Source: a virus | Lineage: Duplodnaviria; Caudoviricetes | Virus record (IMG/VR): IMGVR_UViG_3300012347_000032 | Location: 1 to 37,732 of that record | Direction: 5' to 3' (one strand) | Length of the DNA stretch: 37,732 nucleotides | Shown here: one piece after another, positions 1-7,502 of the stretch | How the letters are laid out: each line of letters starts with the position of its first letter | How positions within the stretch are numbered: position 1 is the first letter of the stretch | Notes under the pieces: model-generated | The model's input: the letters and a program-made list of their open reading frames with translations, nothing else | Told to the model about the DNA's origin: nothing | The model's database searches: none | Made by a program: the position numbers and the translations under genes

Positions 1-55
1 CAGCTTCCATGATCTGAGCGATCTGGGCATCGTCCATCGTGGATGGATCTTTGTC
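1..55. repeat. Terminal direct repeat, copy 1 (assembly circularisation overlap)
   Basis: 1-55 is identical to 37678-37732, and an ORF reads in frame across the junction. Confidence 0.97.
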
Positions 56-880
56 AGCACTTTGCTGTGCGACATCGAGTGTTTGCGTTACAACTGGCTG
101 GAACATGATTCCCACCTCCTTCATTACGTTACTTGCCAGCGCAGAGCATGAACCCTTGGCACGGCAGAATTTACATTGACTTTCACCCGGTACAAGAGGT
201 GCATCTGGTTTGTCAGTTGCAGCAGCTTGCGTGATGATTGTACCCATGTTCGCCAGCAAGTCATGCACCGACACATCATGCGATGTGATGGGTGCCATGC
301 CACGCAGGGCCAGCTTGGGCTGGATGATCGTCATGCGAACAGTCTTGAACGGGTAGGCACCGTTAACGGGCAACTTGTAGCCAGCCAGGACACCGTAGGC
401 GTACTGTTCAAGCTGCAAGTTGCCTTCGGCGCTAACAATTCCCATGCCGTCTTTGTAGTCGATCAACTCAAGGGTGTCACCACCAATGATTTGCACGTCC
501 ACAGTGCCCGACAGGTCAGAGCGACCCAGCAGGTGCTCGGGGTCCACACGAGTCTCGGTGAGTATGTAAGCACCACGAACACCGGACAAGATCATCTCAG
601 TTTTACGCTGCTCAATGTAGTCCAGTGCAGATTGCACACGGACTGCACGATCTTGATCCACAACAAACTCGCCATCATGATCGCGCATTCTCATGCCGAT
701 ATATGCCGTAGCAGAGCCGCCAGTCTTGATACAGTGCTCAAGCAGCGTGTGGCTGTGTGTCCCGTCCTTAGCAGCAGGGCCGCTGTCTTGTTCGGGGTAC
801 TTGGCCTCCTCTCGAATCGAGCCAGGGCACAAGGCCCAACGGCTACGCTTCGATGGGGACAGTTGGGCGTGGGTGCTCAT
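1..880 (-). CDS. DUF2800 / Cas4-like PD-(D/E)XK exonuclease, 5' part (continues at 37677-37247; ~436 aa in total)
   Basis: Manual translation from ATG at 880: MSTHAQLSPSKRSRWALCPGSIREEAKYPEQDSGPAAKDGTHSHTLLEHC... with later GTVDVQI and IDYKDG nuclease motifs. In frame with ORF 37247..37714 and adjacent to the DUF2815 SSB. Confidence 0.88.
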   Translation of the reverse strand, partial: MSTHAQLSPSKRSRWALCPGSIREEAKYPEQDSGPAAKDGTHSHTLLEHCIKTGGSATAYIGMRMRDHDGEFVVDQDRAVRVQSALDYIEQRKTEMILSGVRGAYILTETRVDPEHLLGRSDLSGTVDVQIIGGDTLELIDYKDGMGIVSAEGNLQLEQYAYGVLAGYKLPVNGAYPFKTVRMTIIQPKLALRGMAPITSHDVSVHDLLANMGTIITQAAATDKPDAPLVPGESQCKFCRAKGSCSALASNVMKEVGIMFQPVVTQTLDVAQQSADKDPSTMDDAQIAQIMEA

Positions 881-881
881 A

Positions 882-1097
882 TCAAAAATCCATTGCACGA
901 CGAAGATCGTGAATTCTCATGCCCAACAAAGGACCAAGAGATTCACGGCTTGCCTTGGCTTGCGCCAATTCGTGCTCAAGATGTGCAATACGGCGATCAA
1001 TGTTTTCACCAACAGTGGGGTTGTAGTCAACCTCACGCGCAATTTTTTGCTCTGTGCCCCTGATCGAGTTTGCGCCAATAATTGCATTTGAGTACAT
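882..1097 (-). CDS. Hypothetical coiled-coil protein
   Basis: 71 aa ORF filling the gap in the minus-strand operon. Confidence 0.65.
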   Translation of the reverse strand: MYSNAIIGANSIRGTEQKIAREVDYNPTVGENIDRRIAHLEHELAQAKASRESLGPLLGMRIHDLRRAMDF

Positions 1098-1099
1098 GA

Positions 1100-1522
1100 T
1101 CAGCCTTTCAGTGCTTCCACACCAGCGAACAAAGCGCCGTAATGCTCGGGCTTCACATCGTTGATGTTCTGGTAACCCAAACCCACCAGCACGTTTTGAA
1201 TCTGTGCGCCCTTGGCAGCGCCGAGTGCTTTGTATGCGCCCATAACGTAGTCGATCAGACCTTTGCCGTCAGAGAACGGTGCGCCAGTGGGAGCAGGTGC
1301 TGCCACGGGTGCAGGGGCCACGAAGGCAGGGGGTGCTGGCATCGCTGGAGCAGCGGCCACGGGAGCAGCAATTGCCTCAGCAACATAAGCGGGGGCAGCT
1401 TGTACCACAGGGGCAGGTGTTGGCGCAACAGGTGCAGCGGGTGCTACATTGCTCGACTCCAGCTTGGCAGTCAGGGCGACCACAGCAGCAGTCAGGGCTT
1501 CGATTTTATTTTCCAGTGACAT
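1100..1522 (-). CDS. Hypothetical protein with Ala/Pro-rich linker (type often found upstream of DUF2800 genes)
   Basis: MSLENKIEALTAAV coiled coil, AP-rich linker and small C-terminal helical domain; GGAG RBS. Confidence 0.8.
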   Translation of the reverse strand: MSLENKIEALTAAVVALTAKLESSNVAPAAPVAPTPAPVVQAAPAYVAEAIAAPVAAAPAMPAPPAFVAPAPVAAPAPTGAPFSDGKGLIDYVMGAYKALGAAKGAQIQNVLVGLGYQNINDVKPEHYGALFAGVEALKG

Positions 1523-1706
1523 AAAGTTTCTCCAGATTACGGGTTACAGGGGGTTGAATTGTGAGGCGGTCTTCAACGAACGCCTCGACGATTTCACGAT
1601 GCACTTCGCTCGGGGTTCCGATCTTTCGTGCTTTCTCATGAAACTTGGTGCGCGTCTTGTCTGTCACTCGGACAGTCATAAACGCTGATTTTGGTGGGGT
1701 TGTCAT
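1506..1706 (-). CDS. Ribbon-helix-helix-like DNA-binding protein
   Basis: MTTPPKSAFMTVRVTDKTRTKFHEKARKIGTPSEVHREIVEAFV shows a beta-strand TVRV plus two helices; AAGGA RBS; first gene of the operon. Confidence 0.6.
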   Translation of the reverse strand: MTTPPKSAFMTVRVTDKTRTKFHEKARKIGTPSEVHREIVEAFVEDRLTIQPPVTRNLEKLYVTGK

Positions 1707-1724
1707 AAATAATTTCCTTGACCG

Positions 1725-1762
1725 TTGACGCAAGTGTAGCAGACTGTGATACGATTGTGCAA
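1725..1762. promoter_or_regulatory. Overlapping divergent sigma70-like promoters (rightward to primase, leftward to replication operon)
   Basis: Plus: TTGACG (1725-1730) and TGA-TACGAT (1747-1755). Minus: TTGCAC (1762-1757), 18 nt, TGC-TACACT (1741-1733). Confidence 0.5.
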
Positions 1763-1782
1763 CGGTTTTCAAATTATTTTTC

Positions 1783-1817
1783 AAAAAAGAAAAGCCCCGG
1801 TGGTTAGACCGGGGCTT
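1783..1817 (-). terminator. Rho-independent terminator-like hairpin
   Basis: Stem AAGCCCCGGT/ACCGGGGCTT with a 6-nt loop; T-tract on the minus strand. Confidence 0.6.
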
Positions 1818-1832
1818 GAAAAGGAGAAATCC

Positions 1833-1880
1833 ATGATGAAACTACTGGCAACTGCACTCACCAGCGAACCCATTTTATGA
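1833..1880 (+). CDS. Putative 15-aa leader peptide (MMKLLATALTSEPIL) coupled to the primase
   Basis: AAGGAG at 1821-1826; stop TGA overlaps the primase ATG (ATGA 1877-1880). Confidence 0.5.
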   Translation: MMKLLATALTSEPIL

Positions 1881-4351
1881 CAGCAATCCCCACAGTGCAA
1901 GCGCACCCTGCATCCATCGATGCGTACATCCGGCACGGCTGGTCACTGGTGCCCATCCCGGCAGGCACCAAAGGCCCACGCACACCTGGCTGGAACGTCA
2001 AGAACAACGCCTTGAAATCTCAGGCCGACCTGCCCAGTGGCTACGGCATCGGGCTGGCCCATGCCTACAGCGGCACGATGGCCTTGGACATCGACGAGTG
2101 GGACACCACCACCACGGCGCTCAAGCAGCATGGCATCGACCTTCAGATGCTGTACGATGCCAACGATGCTGTCATCGTGGACTCGGGCAGGGCTGGTCAC
2201 GGCAAGCTGCTGTACCAAATGCCCTTTGGCCTCGCGCTCCCGTCCAAAAAGATCCTCATCAACGGGGTCACGGCCTACGAGCTACGCTGCGCCACGGCCA
2301 ACGGTCTGACGGTGCAGGATGTCATGCCCCCATCGATCCACCCGGCCACGCTCCAGCCCTACCGCTGGGCAGGCAAGGGTCACTGGACGCGACTGCCCAC
2401 TGTGCCCCAGCCCCTGCTTGACCTGTGGCAGACCCTGCTGGCCCAAGACAAGGAGCGCACCATCGGCACGGGCGATGCTGTCGATGCGTCATGGGAAGAC
2501 ATACGAACAGCCCTTGAGGCCATCAGCCCCAACTGCTCCCGAGAGGAGTGGGTTACGGTGGGCATGGCGCTCAAGTGGGCAGGGGAGCAGACAGACCAAC
2601 TCGACCCTGCACTGACGTTGTGGAATGACTGGTCCCTGCCCTCGGCCAAGTACCCTGGCGAAAAAGACATCATCGCCCAATGGACCAGCTTCAAGAACGA
2701 CAAGGCCACGGCCGTCAAGCTGGGCAGCCTGTTCCACATCGCCAAGCAGTATGGCTGGACCCGGCCGCTGCCCGACATCACGGCCATGTTCTCCGCTGTG
2801 GAGGCTCCCGCCGACCCAAAGTCGGTCATCGTTGACCTGCGGCCACGGCCACCGATGATGGATGTATCCCTGTGGCCTGCTGTGATCGCTAGACGTGCTG
2901 GCGAGATCGGCCAAACAGTGGGCTGTGACCCACTGGTGCCCTTGTTCGCAGGGCTGGCCGCTGTCTGCGGTGTGGTCGATGCCCGTACCCGACTCGAACT
3001 CATCAAAGACTTCAAGGTGCCCCCGGTGCTGTGGCTGATGACCATCGGTGCCCCAGCCGACAAGAAGACACCGGGCAGTGCGCCCATGCTGGCCCCGCTG
3101 AAGCACCTCGAACACGAGGATCGCCCACGCCACGGCAAGGCGCTGCTGGAGTGGGAGGGTCAAGAGGCCATGTATGCGTCCAGCAAAAAGGCATTCCTTG
3201 AGTTCTCAGCCAGCCCCGAGGCGATGCTCTCAGGCGATCAGGCTCCAGTGGTTCACGACCTGCCACCCCAGCCCGTGCCCCTTCGCATCACGGTGGATGA
3301 CGTGACCAGCCAGAAGCTGGTGCGACTGGCTGCTGACCGTCCCCGTGGGCTGCTGTGCGCCTTGGACGAGATGAATAGCTGGGTGAGGAAGCTCACCGAC
3401 AAGGCCAGCGGCGAGGATCGCTCGGCATGGGTCAAGGCTTACGAGTCATCCCCCTATGAGATGGACCGGGTAGGCAGTGGGTCGATCTACGCTGAGAACC
3501 TGGCCGTGTCGATCTACGGCAACATCCAGCCTCGCGTGTTCCGCGAGAACCTGCACAATCTTTCTGCTGATGGTCTGGTGCAGCGCTTCGTGCCCTGCAT
3601 TCTGAACGGTGACTTGACCCGCAAGCCCGTGGAAATTCCCGACTACCTGCTCAACAAAGACCAATGGGAGCAGACCCTGCGGATCGTGTTCGCCCTGCCT
3701 GCGATGACGTACCAACTGTCCCCCGAGGCCAAAGTCCTGTTCCAAGAGTTCCAAGACTGGTACGACAGCAAGCGCAACGATGAACGGCTGCTGCAATCGG
3801 ACGACACTTTTATGACCGCCTTCGGCAAGATCGAGGGCTTGACCGGCAGGCTGATGCTCATGTTCCACCTGATCGAGTCGCCTTTTAGCATCACGGTGTC
3901 GGCAGACATCGCCAAGCGGGTGATCGAGATGGTGCAGTCCTACGTTGTCCCGGCCTATCGGTATGCCCTGTCCGAGTTGTCCGGTGCGTCCAACTTCGAC
4001 ACCTGGCTGCGCGACTACATCATCCAACACGCTGACGAGTCCACCATCACCCTGGCCGAGATCAAACGGTCAGCCCGGCGTCAGATCGAGAAGGTCAACG
4101 TGTGGCAGCAGGATCAGATGATCTATGGGGCCATGTACCCACTGGAGCAGGGTCGGTGGGTCATGCGAATGGATGACGGCAGCAAAGAGAACCAGCACCA
4201 TGCCCAGTGGGCCATCAACCCCGCACTGGCTGTGCAGTTCAAGGATCACCGCAAGGCCGTGATTGACGCGAAACAGCGCCAACTCGATGAGATTTACAGG
4301 TTGTCCAGAAAAGAAAAGCCCCGAGTGCATGGGGCTGAGTTGCTGGATTGA
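1877..4351 (+). CDS. Bifunctional Prim-Pol primase / PriCT-2 / DUF3987 helicase-like replication protein
   Basis: N-terminal GWSLVPIPAGTKGP..GW and ALDID (Prim-Pol); EEWVTVGMALK..WNDWS..SAKY (PriCT-2); GAPADKKT and LLCALDEM Walker-like motifs; DGLVQRF. Confidence 0.88.
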   Translation: MTAIPTVQAHPASIDAYIRHGWSLVPIPAGTKGPRTPGWNVKNNALKSQADLPSGYGIGLAHAYSGTMALDIDEWDTTTTALKQHGIDLQMLYDANDAVIVDSGRAGHGKLLYQMPFGLALPSKKILINGVTAYELRCATANGLTVQDVMPPSIHPATLQPYRWAGKGHWTRLPTVPQPLLDLWQTLLAQDKERTIGTGDAVDASWEDIRTALEAISPNCSREEWVTVGMALKWAGEQTDQLDPALTLWNDWSLPSAKYPGEKDIIAQWTSFKNDKATAVKLGSLFHIAKQYGWTRPLPDITAMFSAVEAPADPKSVIVDLRPRPPMMDVSLWPAVIARRAGEIGQTVGCDPLVPLFAGLAAVCGVVDARTRLELIKDFKVPPVLWLMTIGAPADKKTPGSAPMLAPLKHLEHEDRPRHGKALLEWEGQEAMYASSKKAFLEFSASPEAMLSGDQAPVVHDLPPQPVPLRITVDDVTSQKLVRLAADRPRGLLCALDEMNSWVRKLTDKASGEDRSAWVKAYESSPYEMDRVGSGSIYAENLAVSIYGNIQPRVFRENLHNLSADGLVQRFVPCILNGDLTRKPVEIPDYLLNKDQWEQTLRIVFALPAMTYQLSPEAKVLFQEFQDWYDSKRNDERLLQSDDTFMTAFGKIEGLTGRLMLMFHLIESPFSITVSADIAKRVIEMVQSYVVPAYRYALSELSGASNFDTWLRDYIIQHADESTITLAEIKRSARRQIEKVNVWQQDQMIYGAMYPLEQGRWVMRMDDGSKENQHHAQWAINPALAVQFKDHRKAVIDAKQRQLDEIYRLSRKEKPRVHGAELLD

Positions 4352-4352
4352 C

Positions 4353-4374
4353 AAGGGGGCCAATGGCCCCCTTT
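4353..4374. terminator. Bidirectional terminator between convergent genes
   Basis: AAGGGGGCC-AAT-GGCCCCCTT hairpin immediately after the primase stop. Confidence 0.7.
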
Positions 4375-4375
4375 C

Positions 4376-4468
4376 TCATTTGATGACCCGCATAAACGCG
4401 CCGCATCTGATGCACTTGTAAATGGGTTGGCCCTTCACAGGCTCCCAACGGTGTTTGCACTCGGTCAT
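4376..4468 (-). CDS. 30-aa zinc-ribbon microprotein (MTECKHRWEPVKGQPIYKCIRCGAFMRVIK)
   Basis: Manual translation; CxH...CxxC; ATGA overlap with the upstream gene. Confidence 0.6.
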   Translation of the reverse strand: MTECKHRWEPVKGQPIYKCIRCGAFMRVIK

Positions 4469-4710
4469 GTGTTCCCCCTTGCTCGGATGGCGGCGGCGCA
4501 AGTGTCAGCGCCATCTTGTCTAGCGCCTTCTTCTTCGCCCTCATATGCTTCAGCCAAGTCTTCACACACCCGTGCACACGCATCACGCTCATCAGCACGA
4601 ACAAGGGCTTCAAAGGCTTTGAGTGGTTCAAACCATCCCTCGTATCGGCAAAGCGTGTCTTTTTCTGCGTCAATGCCAGCCTCACGGGCCATGTCTATCG
4701 TGTCTCTCAT
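4465..4710 (-). CDS. Hypothetical phage protein
   Basis: MAREAG...FEALVRADERDACARVCE...CAAAIRARG pattern typical of small phage proteins; ATGA coupling. Confidence 0.75.
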   Translation of the reverse strand: MRDTIDMAREAGIDAEKDTLCRYEGWFEPLKAFEALVRADERDACARVCEDLAEAYEGEEEGARQDGADTCAAAIRARGNT

Positions 4711-5162
4711 GTGTTCTTCTCCTTGAGTTTGGCGTTTGCCCAAGCCATGAGCGTCATGATTTGAACTATCGTCAGGCCCATCTCAGCATTCAGCGCCATT
4801 ACCTCATTACTTCCCCAAACGTCGTCAGTGGTCAGCCCAACCCATTGCCGCTGTGCTGCGGGTGGGGTGGCGTAAGGCTTTGAAAGAAGCGCCTCGGCTT
4901 CTTCGCAGGCGGCGCTCAGCCCGCTGTCATGCCCTACGGTTCCGCCGCTTGTTCTCGCCATGAATGCCAACTTGCGCAAAACCTTTCGCCATTCATGCGG
5001 GATCGCCAAAGGCTCCTGCGCAGGTGCTGAACGGGCTTGCTTGATGGCGGTGATGGCTCGACCAACATCGTACGCATCAAGTGATGTGTTCACCCTCAAT
5101 GGTGTTCGTAATTTCTCCATCGCCTCCAGCGCCAAGTCCAATGCTTCGTCTTTGGTGGTCAT
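4707..5162 (-). CDS. Hypothetical phage protein (mosaic; QRQWVGLT...AKLKEKNT C-terminus)
   Basis: 151 aa ORF with ATGA overlaps at both ends and AGGAGG RBS. Confidence 0.75.
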   Translation of the reverse strand: MTTKDEALDLALEAMEKLRTPLRVNTSLDAYDVGRAITAIKQARSAPAQEPLAIPHEWRKVLRKLAFMARTSGGTVGHDSGLSAACEEAEALLSKPYATPPAAQRQWVGLTTDDVWGSNEVMALNAEMGLTIVQIMTLMAWANAKLKEKNT

Positions 5163-5338
5163 GCTCGTGCCTCCTTGCGTCCCTTTTCGATAAGCTCCCG
5201 AGCGTATGACTGATCCTCGGGCCTCTCGCTGGAGAGCATGGCCCGGAGTTTGTAGGCGATGGCCCGTGCGCTCTCGGTGTTGTTGGCGCGTTCGTATCGT
5301 GCGCCCTCGTTGATGTATTCGGCTTCGGTGTGGTTCAC
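5159..5338 (-). CDS. Hypothetical 59-aa protein (MNHTEAEYINEGARYERANN...)
   Basis: Manual translation; GTG start overlapping the upstream stop; GGAG RBS. Confidence 0.65.
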   Translation of the reverse strand: MNHTEAEYINEGARYERANNTESARAIAYKLRAMLSSERPEDQSYARELIEKGRKEARA

Positions 5339-5634
5339 TTCGATTCTCCAGTCTTGGTTACTTTGGTGCGGGGTCGCTTTGGCATGACGGGGTCAGGCGT
5401 TGGAATCAGGCCAGCCAGGATCGCAGGGGCCAGCACTGCCAGCAGGTCGAACACCTCCACCAGGCGAACAGCGGCCGCATTAGGGGCGCGGCTACCCGTG
5501 CGCCATTTGCGCAAAGTGAACACGGGGACACCCAGCAGCGCGGCCGATTGTGCTTCGGTCAACTGGTGGCGGGTGATAAGTGCGGCCAGTGCGGCCACAA
5601 ATTCGGGGTTTTGAGGGGCTTTTTTATCTGTCAT
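5335..5634 (-). CDS. XRE/Cro-like HTH transcriptional regulator
   Basis: LTEAQSAALLGVPVFTLRKWRTGSRAP is an HTH_3-type pattern. Confidence 0.8.
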   Translation of the reverse strand: MTDKKAPQNPEFVAALAALITRHQLTEAQSAALLGVPVFTLRKWRTGSRAPNAAAVRLVEVFDLLAVLAPAILAGLIPTPDPVMPKRPRTKVTKTGESK

Positions 5635-5657
5635 GGGGGTTGGGTAGGGTAAGGGTC

Positions 5658-5688
5658 AAAAAACGCCCCTAGGCTTGATCCTAGGGGC
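5658..5688 (-). terminator. Rho-independent terminator
   Basis: GCCCCTAGG-6nt-CCTAGGGGC followed by GTTTTTT on the minus strand. Confidence 0.75.
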
Positions 5689-5762
5689 TGGGTGGGGTGC
5701 GCTGGGTCAGGTGTCCCATGCTGCAATGACAGCGGCAACAATGGCGGCAACGATTAGAGCGC

Positions 5763-5885
5763 TTATGGTGTCACCCCCACAAATGGCGCAGGGGGTAGCG
5801 CTGCGCGTTGATCCCGTGCATATCGTTCGATTTGTTCAGGTGTCCACGGTATGGGGCCACCGGGCGGGGGAAAAGGCCAAGTCAT
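5763..5885 (-). CDS. 40-aa Pro-rich microprotein (MTWPFPPPGGPIPWTPEQ...)
   Basis: Manual translation; ATGA overlap with the upstream ORF. Confidence 0.6.
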   Translation of the reverse strand: MTWPFPPPGGPIPWTPEQIERYARDQRAALPPAPFVGVTP

Positions 5886-6064
5886 GGGGTTGTCCTTTCC
5901 ATGTCTGCGAGTTGGTCGCGCAATATGTCGCTTTCTCTGGTCAATTCCAGATTGTCGGCTTCAAGGTCTGCGATCCGTTTGAACAGTTCCGCAGCCATAG
6001 TGAAGCCCTCTGCGTATGCGATGCGTTCGGCTTCGGTGGATTCGAGTTTGAGTAAGTCAATCAT
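5882..6064 (-). CDS. Hypothetical coiled-coil protein
   Basis: 60 aa; AAGGAG RBS. Confidence 0.7.
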   Translation of the reverse strand: MIDLLKLESTEAERIAYAEGFTMAAELFKRIADLEADNLELTRESDILRDQLADMERTTP

Positions 6065-6074
6065 GGTTTGCTCC

Positions 6075-6287
6075 TTAGATGCGGACAGATGGGCCGTAGA
6101 ACTGCGCGAGGTCTTCGCCTGTTTCCGTTTCGGGTTCAGAGGGGATCAGATAGTCCCAGGCGTAACTAATTGACGATTCCTCAACGTCAGAGGGGCAAGC
6201 GCCGTTCAGTTCCTCGGGTGTCCACAGGATCACGGCCCACCCTGCTGCCCTGAGTTCTTGAATGGCTTTGGATTGTGCTGGTGTCAT
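6075..6287 (-). CDS. Hypothetical protein
   Basis: MTPAQSKAIQELRAAGWAVILWTPEEL...; AAGGGG RBS. Confidence 0.7.
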   Translation of the reverse strand: MTPAQSKAIQELRAAGWAVILWTPEELNGACPSDVEESSISYAWDYLIPSEPETETGEDLAQFYGPSVRI

Positions 6288-6297
6288 GGTGTGCCCC

Positions 6298-6639
6298 TTA
6301 AAACAAAGCAAAAACAAAGCCTTCGGCGGTGTCACCAACAACAGAAGTATGATCGCTTAAATAGTCAAACACAATCTGACGGCACTGGTCTTCATAATCG
6401 TCAGCTTCTGGGTCAGCATCGTTTAAATCGATTGAGTAGTGCCGGGCGATTTCTGCCACGGTGTCTTCGGTGTACTCGCAGCATATGGCGATCACGTCCA
6501 GTTCAATTTCTTCGCCCATACCTTCCTCAAGTTCTTCGAAGTAGGCGAACAAAAGCCCAAGGGCTTCATAAGAGAAATTGTTAGGGCGGCATTGTTCAAA
6601 CTCGCGGCGAAAGTCATAGATTGAGATTGTTTGTTTCAT
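6298..6639 (-). CDS. Highly acidic early protein (candidate DNA mimic)
   Basis: 113 aa with 28 D/E versus 6 K/R by manual count. Confidence 0.75.
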   Translation of the reverse strand: MKQTISIYDFRREFEQCRPNNFSYEALGLLFAYFEELEEGMGEEIELDVIAICCEYTEDTVAEIARHYSIDLNDADPEADDYEDQCRQIVFDYLSDHTSVVGDTAEGFVFALF

Positions 6640-6642
6640 GGT

Positions 6643-6789
6643 TTAAGCTCCGTAAATGATGAAGAAAGCGGCGAACGGGCCGCCGATGCAAAGGGCAAAG
6701 AACACCGCGCCTAGGTAATCGCTCAAGGTGTAGCGTGTTTTGACGGCTTGAGGGTGCATATCGATGTAAGTCAGTTGATGTTTGTTCAT
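6643..6789 (-). CDS. 48-aa membrane microprotein
   Basis: Manual translation MNKHQLTYIDMHPQAVKTRYTLSDYLGAVFFALCIGGPFAAFFIIYGA; C-terminal hydrophobic helix; ATGA coupling. Confidence 0.6.
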   Translation of the reverse strand: MNKHQLTYIDMHPQAVKTRYTLSDYLGAVFFALCIGGPFAAFFIIYGA

Positions 6790-7016
6790 GATTGGGCTTT
6801 CATTGCTGCGCGGTTAACGGCGCGGTTCTCATTGGTGAAATTGACAGCGGAGATAACGCGCACGGCGCGGGTGTCAGTGACCGATCGGGCGGCGTTGAAA
6901 TCGGCGGCTAACGCATCGGCGGCGGGTTTCGTTTGTGCACCGTGAACGGTAAACCAACCCGTGGCACCCATGTTTGCGTTATTGGTTTGAATCTGAATCA
7001 GATACTTGGCTTTCAT
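6786..7016 (-). CDS. Hypothetical early protein
   Basis: 76 aa; GAGG RBS; coupled to neighbours. Confidence 0.65.
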   Translation of the reverse strand: MKAKYLIQIQTNNANMGATGWFTVHGAQTKPAADALAADFNAARSVTDTRAVRVISAVNFTNENRAVNRAAMKAQS

Positions 7017-7198
7017 GCTTGCGCCTCTTTAACGTTACGGGTTGCACGAATGGCGGCATTGAGTTGCTGCAAGTATTGAAGAGCGGGGATCGCCTCATAC
7101 AAACGAGTGTTGACAGCCTTCGCGGTGTTTTCGTTGAAAGTCTCAAACACGGCGGCGCGTGTTGCTTTGTTAACGATGATCCAAGATGCGGTTTTCAT
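7013..7198 (-). CDS. Hypothetical early protein
   Basis: 61 aa, MKTASWIIVNKAT..VFETF; ATGA coupling. Confidence 0.7.
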   Translation of the reverse strand: MKTASWIIVNKATRAAVFETFNENTAKAVNTRLYEAIPALQYLQQLNAAIRATRNVKEAQA

Positions 7199-7407
7199 AC
7201 GTTCACCGCCTTGGCAAAGTTAGGCTTGGTGCCGGGTACGAATCCAGAAATGCGGAACGAATGAAACCCGGCGGCGCTTGCGGCGGCTTTGACGGCCTCC
7301 ACGTTTTGCGCGGCTTTGTCTGTCACTGGAAAGCAAGCTAACAAGTCTTCCATGTAATCGCGGGTTTCGCCTTGCTTGAGGCCGTAAATCAGAATTTCAG
7401 TTTTCAT
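7195..7407 (-). CDS. Hypothetical early protein (first gene after the strong promoter)
   Basis: 70 aa; AAGG RBS. Confidence 0.7.
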   Translation of the reverse strand: MKTEILIYGLKQGETRDYMEDLLACFPVTDKAAQNVEAVKAAASAAGFHSFRISGFVPGTKPNFAKAVNV

Positions 7408-7447
7408 GGTGTTTACCTTTACAAGTTACGGGTTGTTGATGTGCTCA

Positions 7448-7475
7448 ATTCTAACCCATTGGGTTAGTGTGTCAA
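7448..7475 (-). promoter_or_regulatory. Strong sigma70 promoter of the early operon
   Basis: TTGACA (7475-7470), 16 nt, TAGAAT (7453-7448). Confidence 0.75.
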
Positions 7476-7486
7476 CCCAATGGGTT
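7451..7486. promoter_or_regulatory. Two palindromic operator-like sites AACCCAwTGGGTT overlapping the promoter
   Basis: CTAACCCATTGGGTTAG at 7451-7467 and AACCCAATGGGTT at 7474-7486. Confidence 0.7.
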
Positions 7487-7502
7487 AAACTGTTACACAT
7501 TG

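Noticed and set aside
1-55. Biological terminal repeat
   Set aside because: Exactly 55 bp and falls mid-gene, as expected for an assembler k-mer overlap on a circular contig
176-1063. 295-aa plus-strand ORF
   Set aside because: Antisense shadow of the DUF2800 gene; no recognisable motifs
5335-5634. CI repressor / lysogeny module or toxin-antitoxin pair
   Set aside because: No peptidase S24 domain, integrase, partition genes or adjacent recognisable toxin
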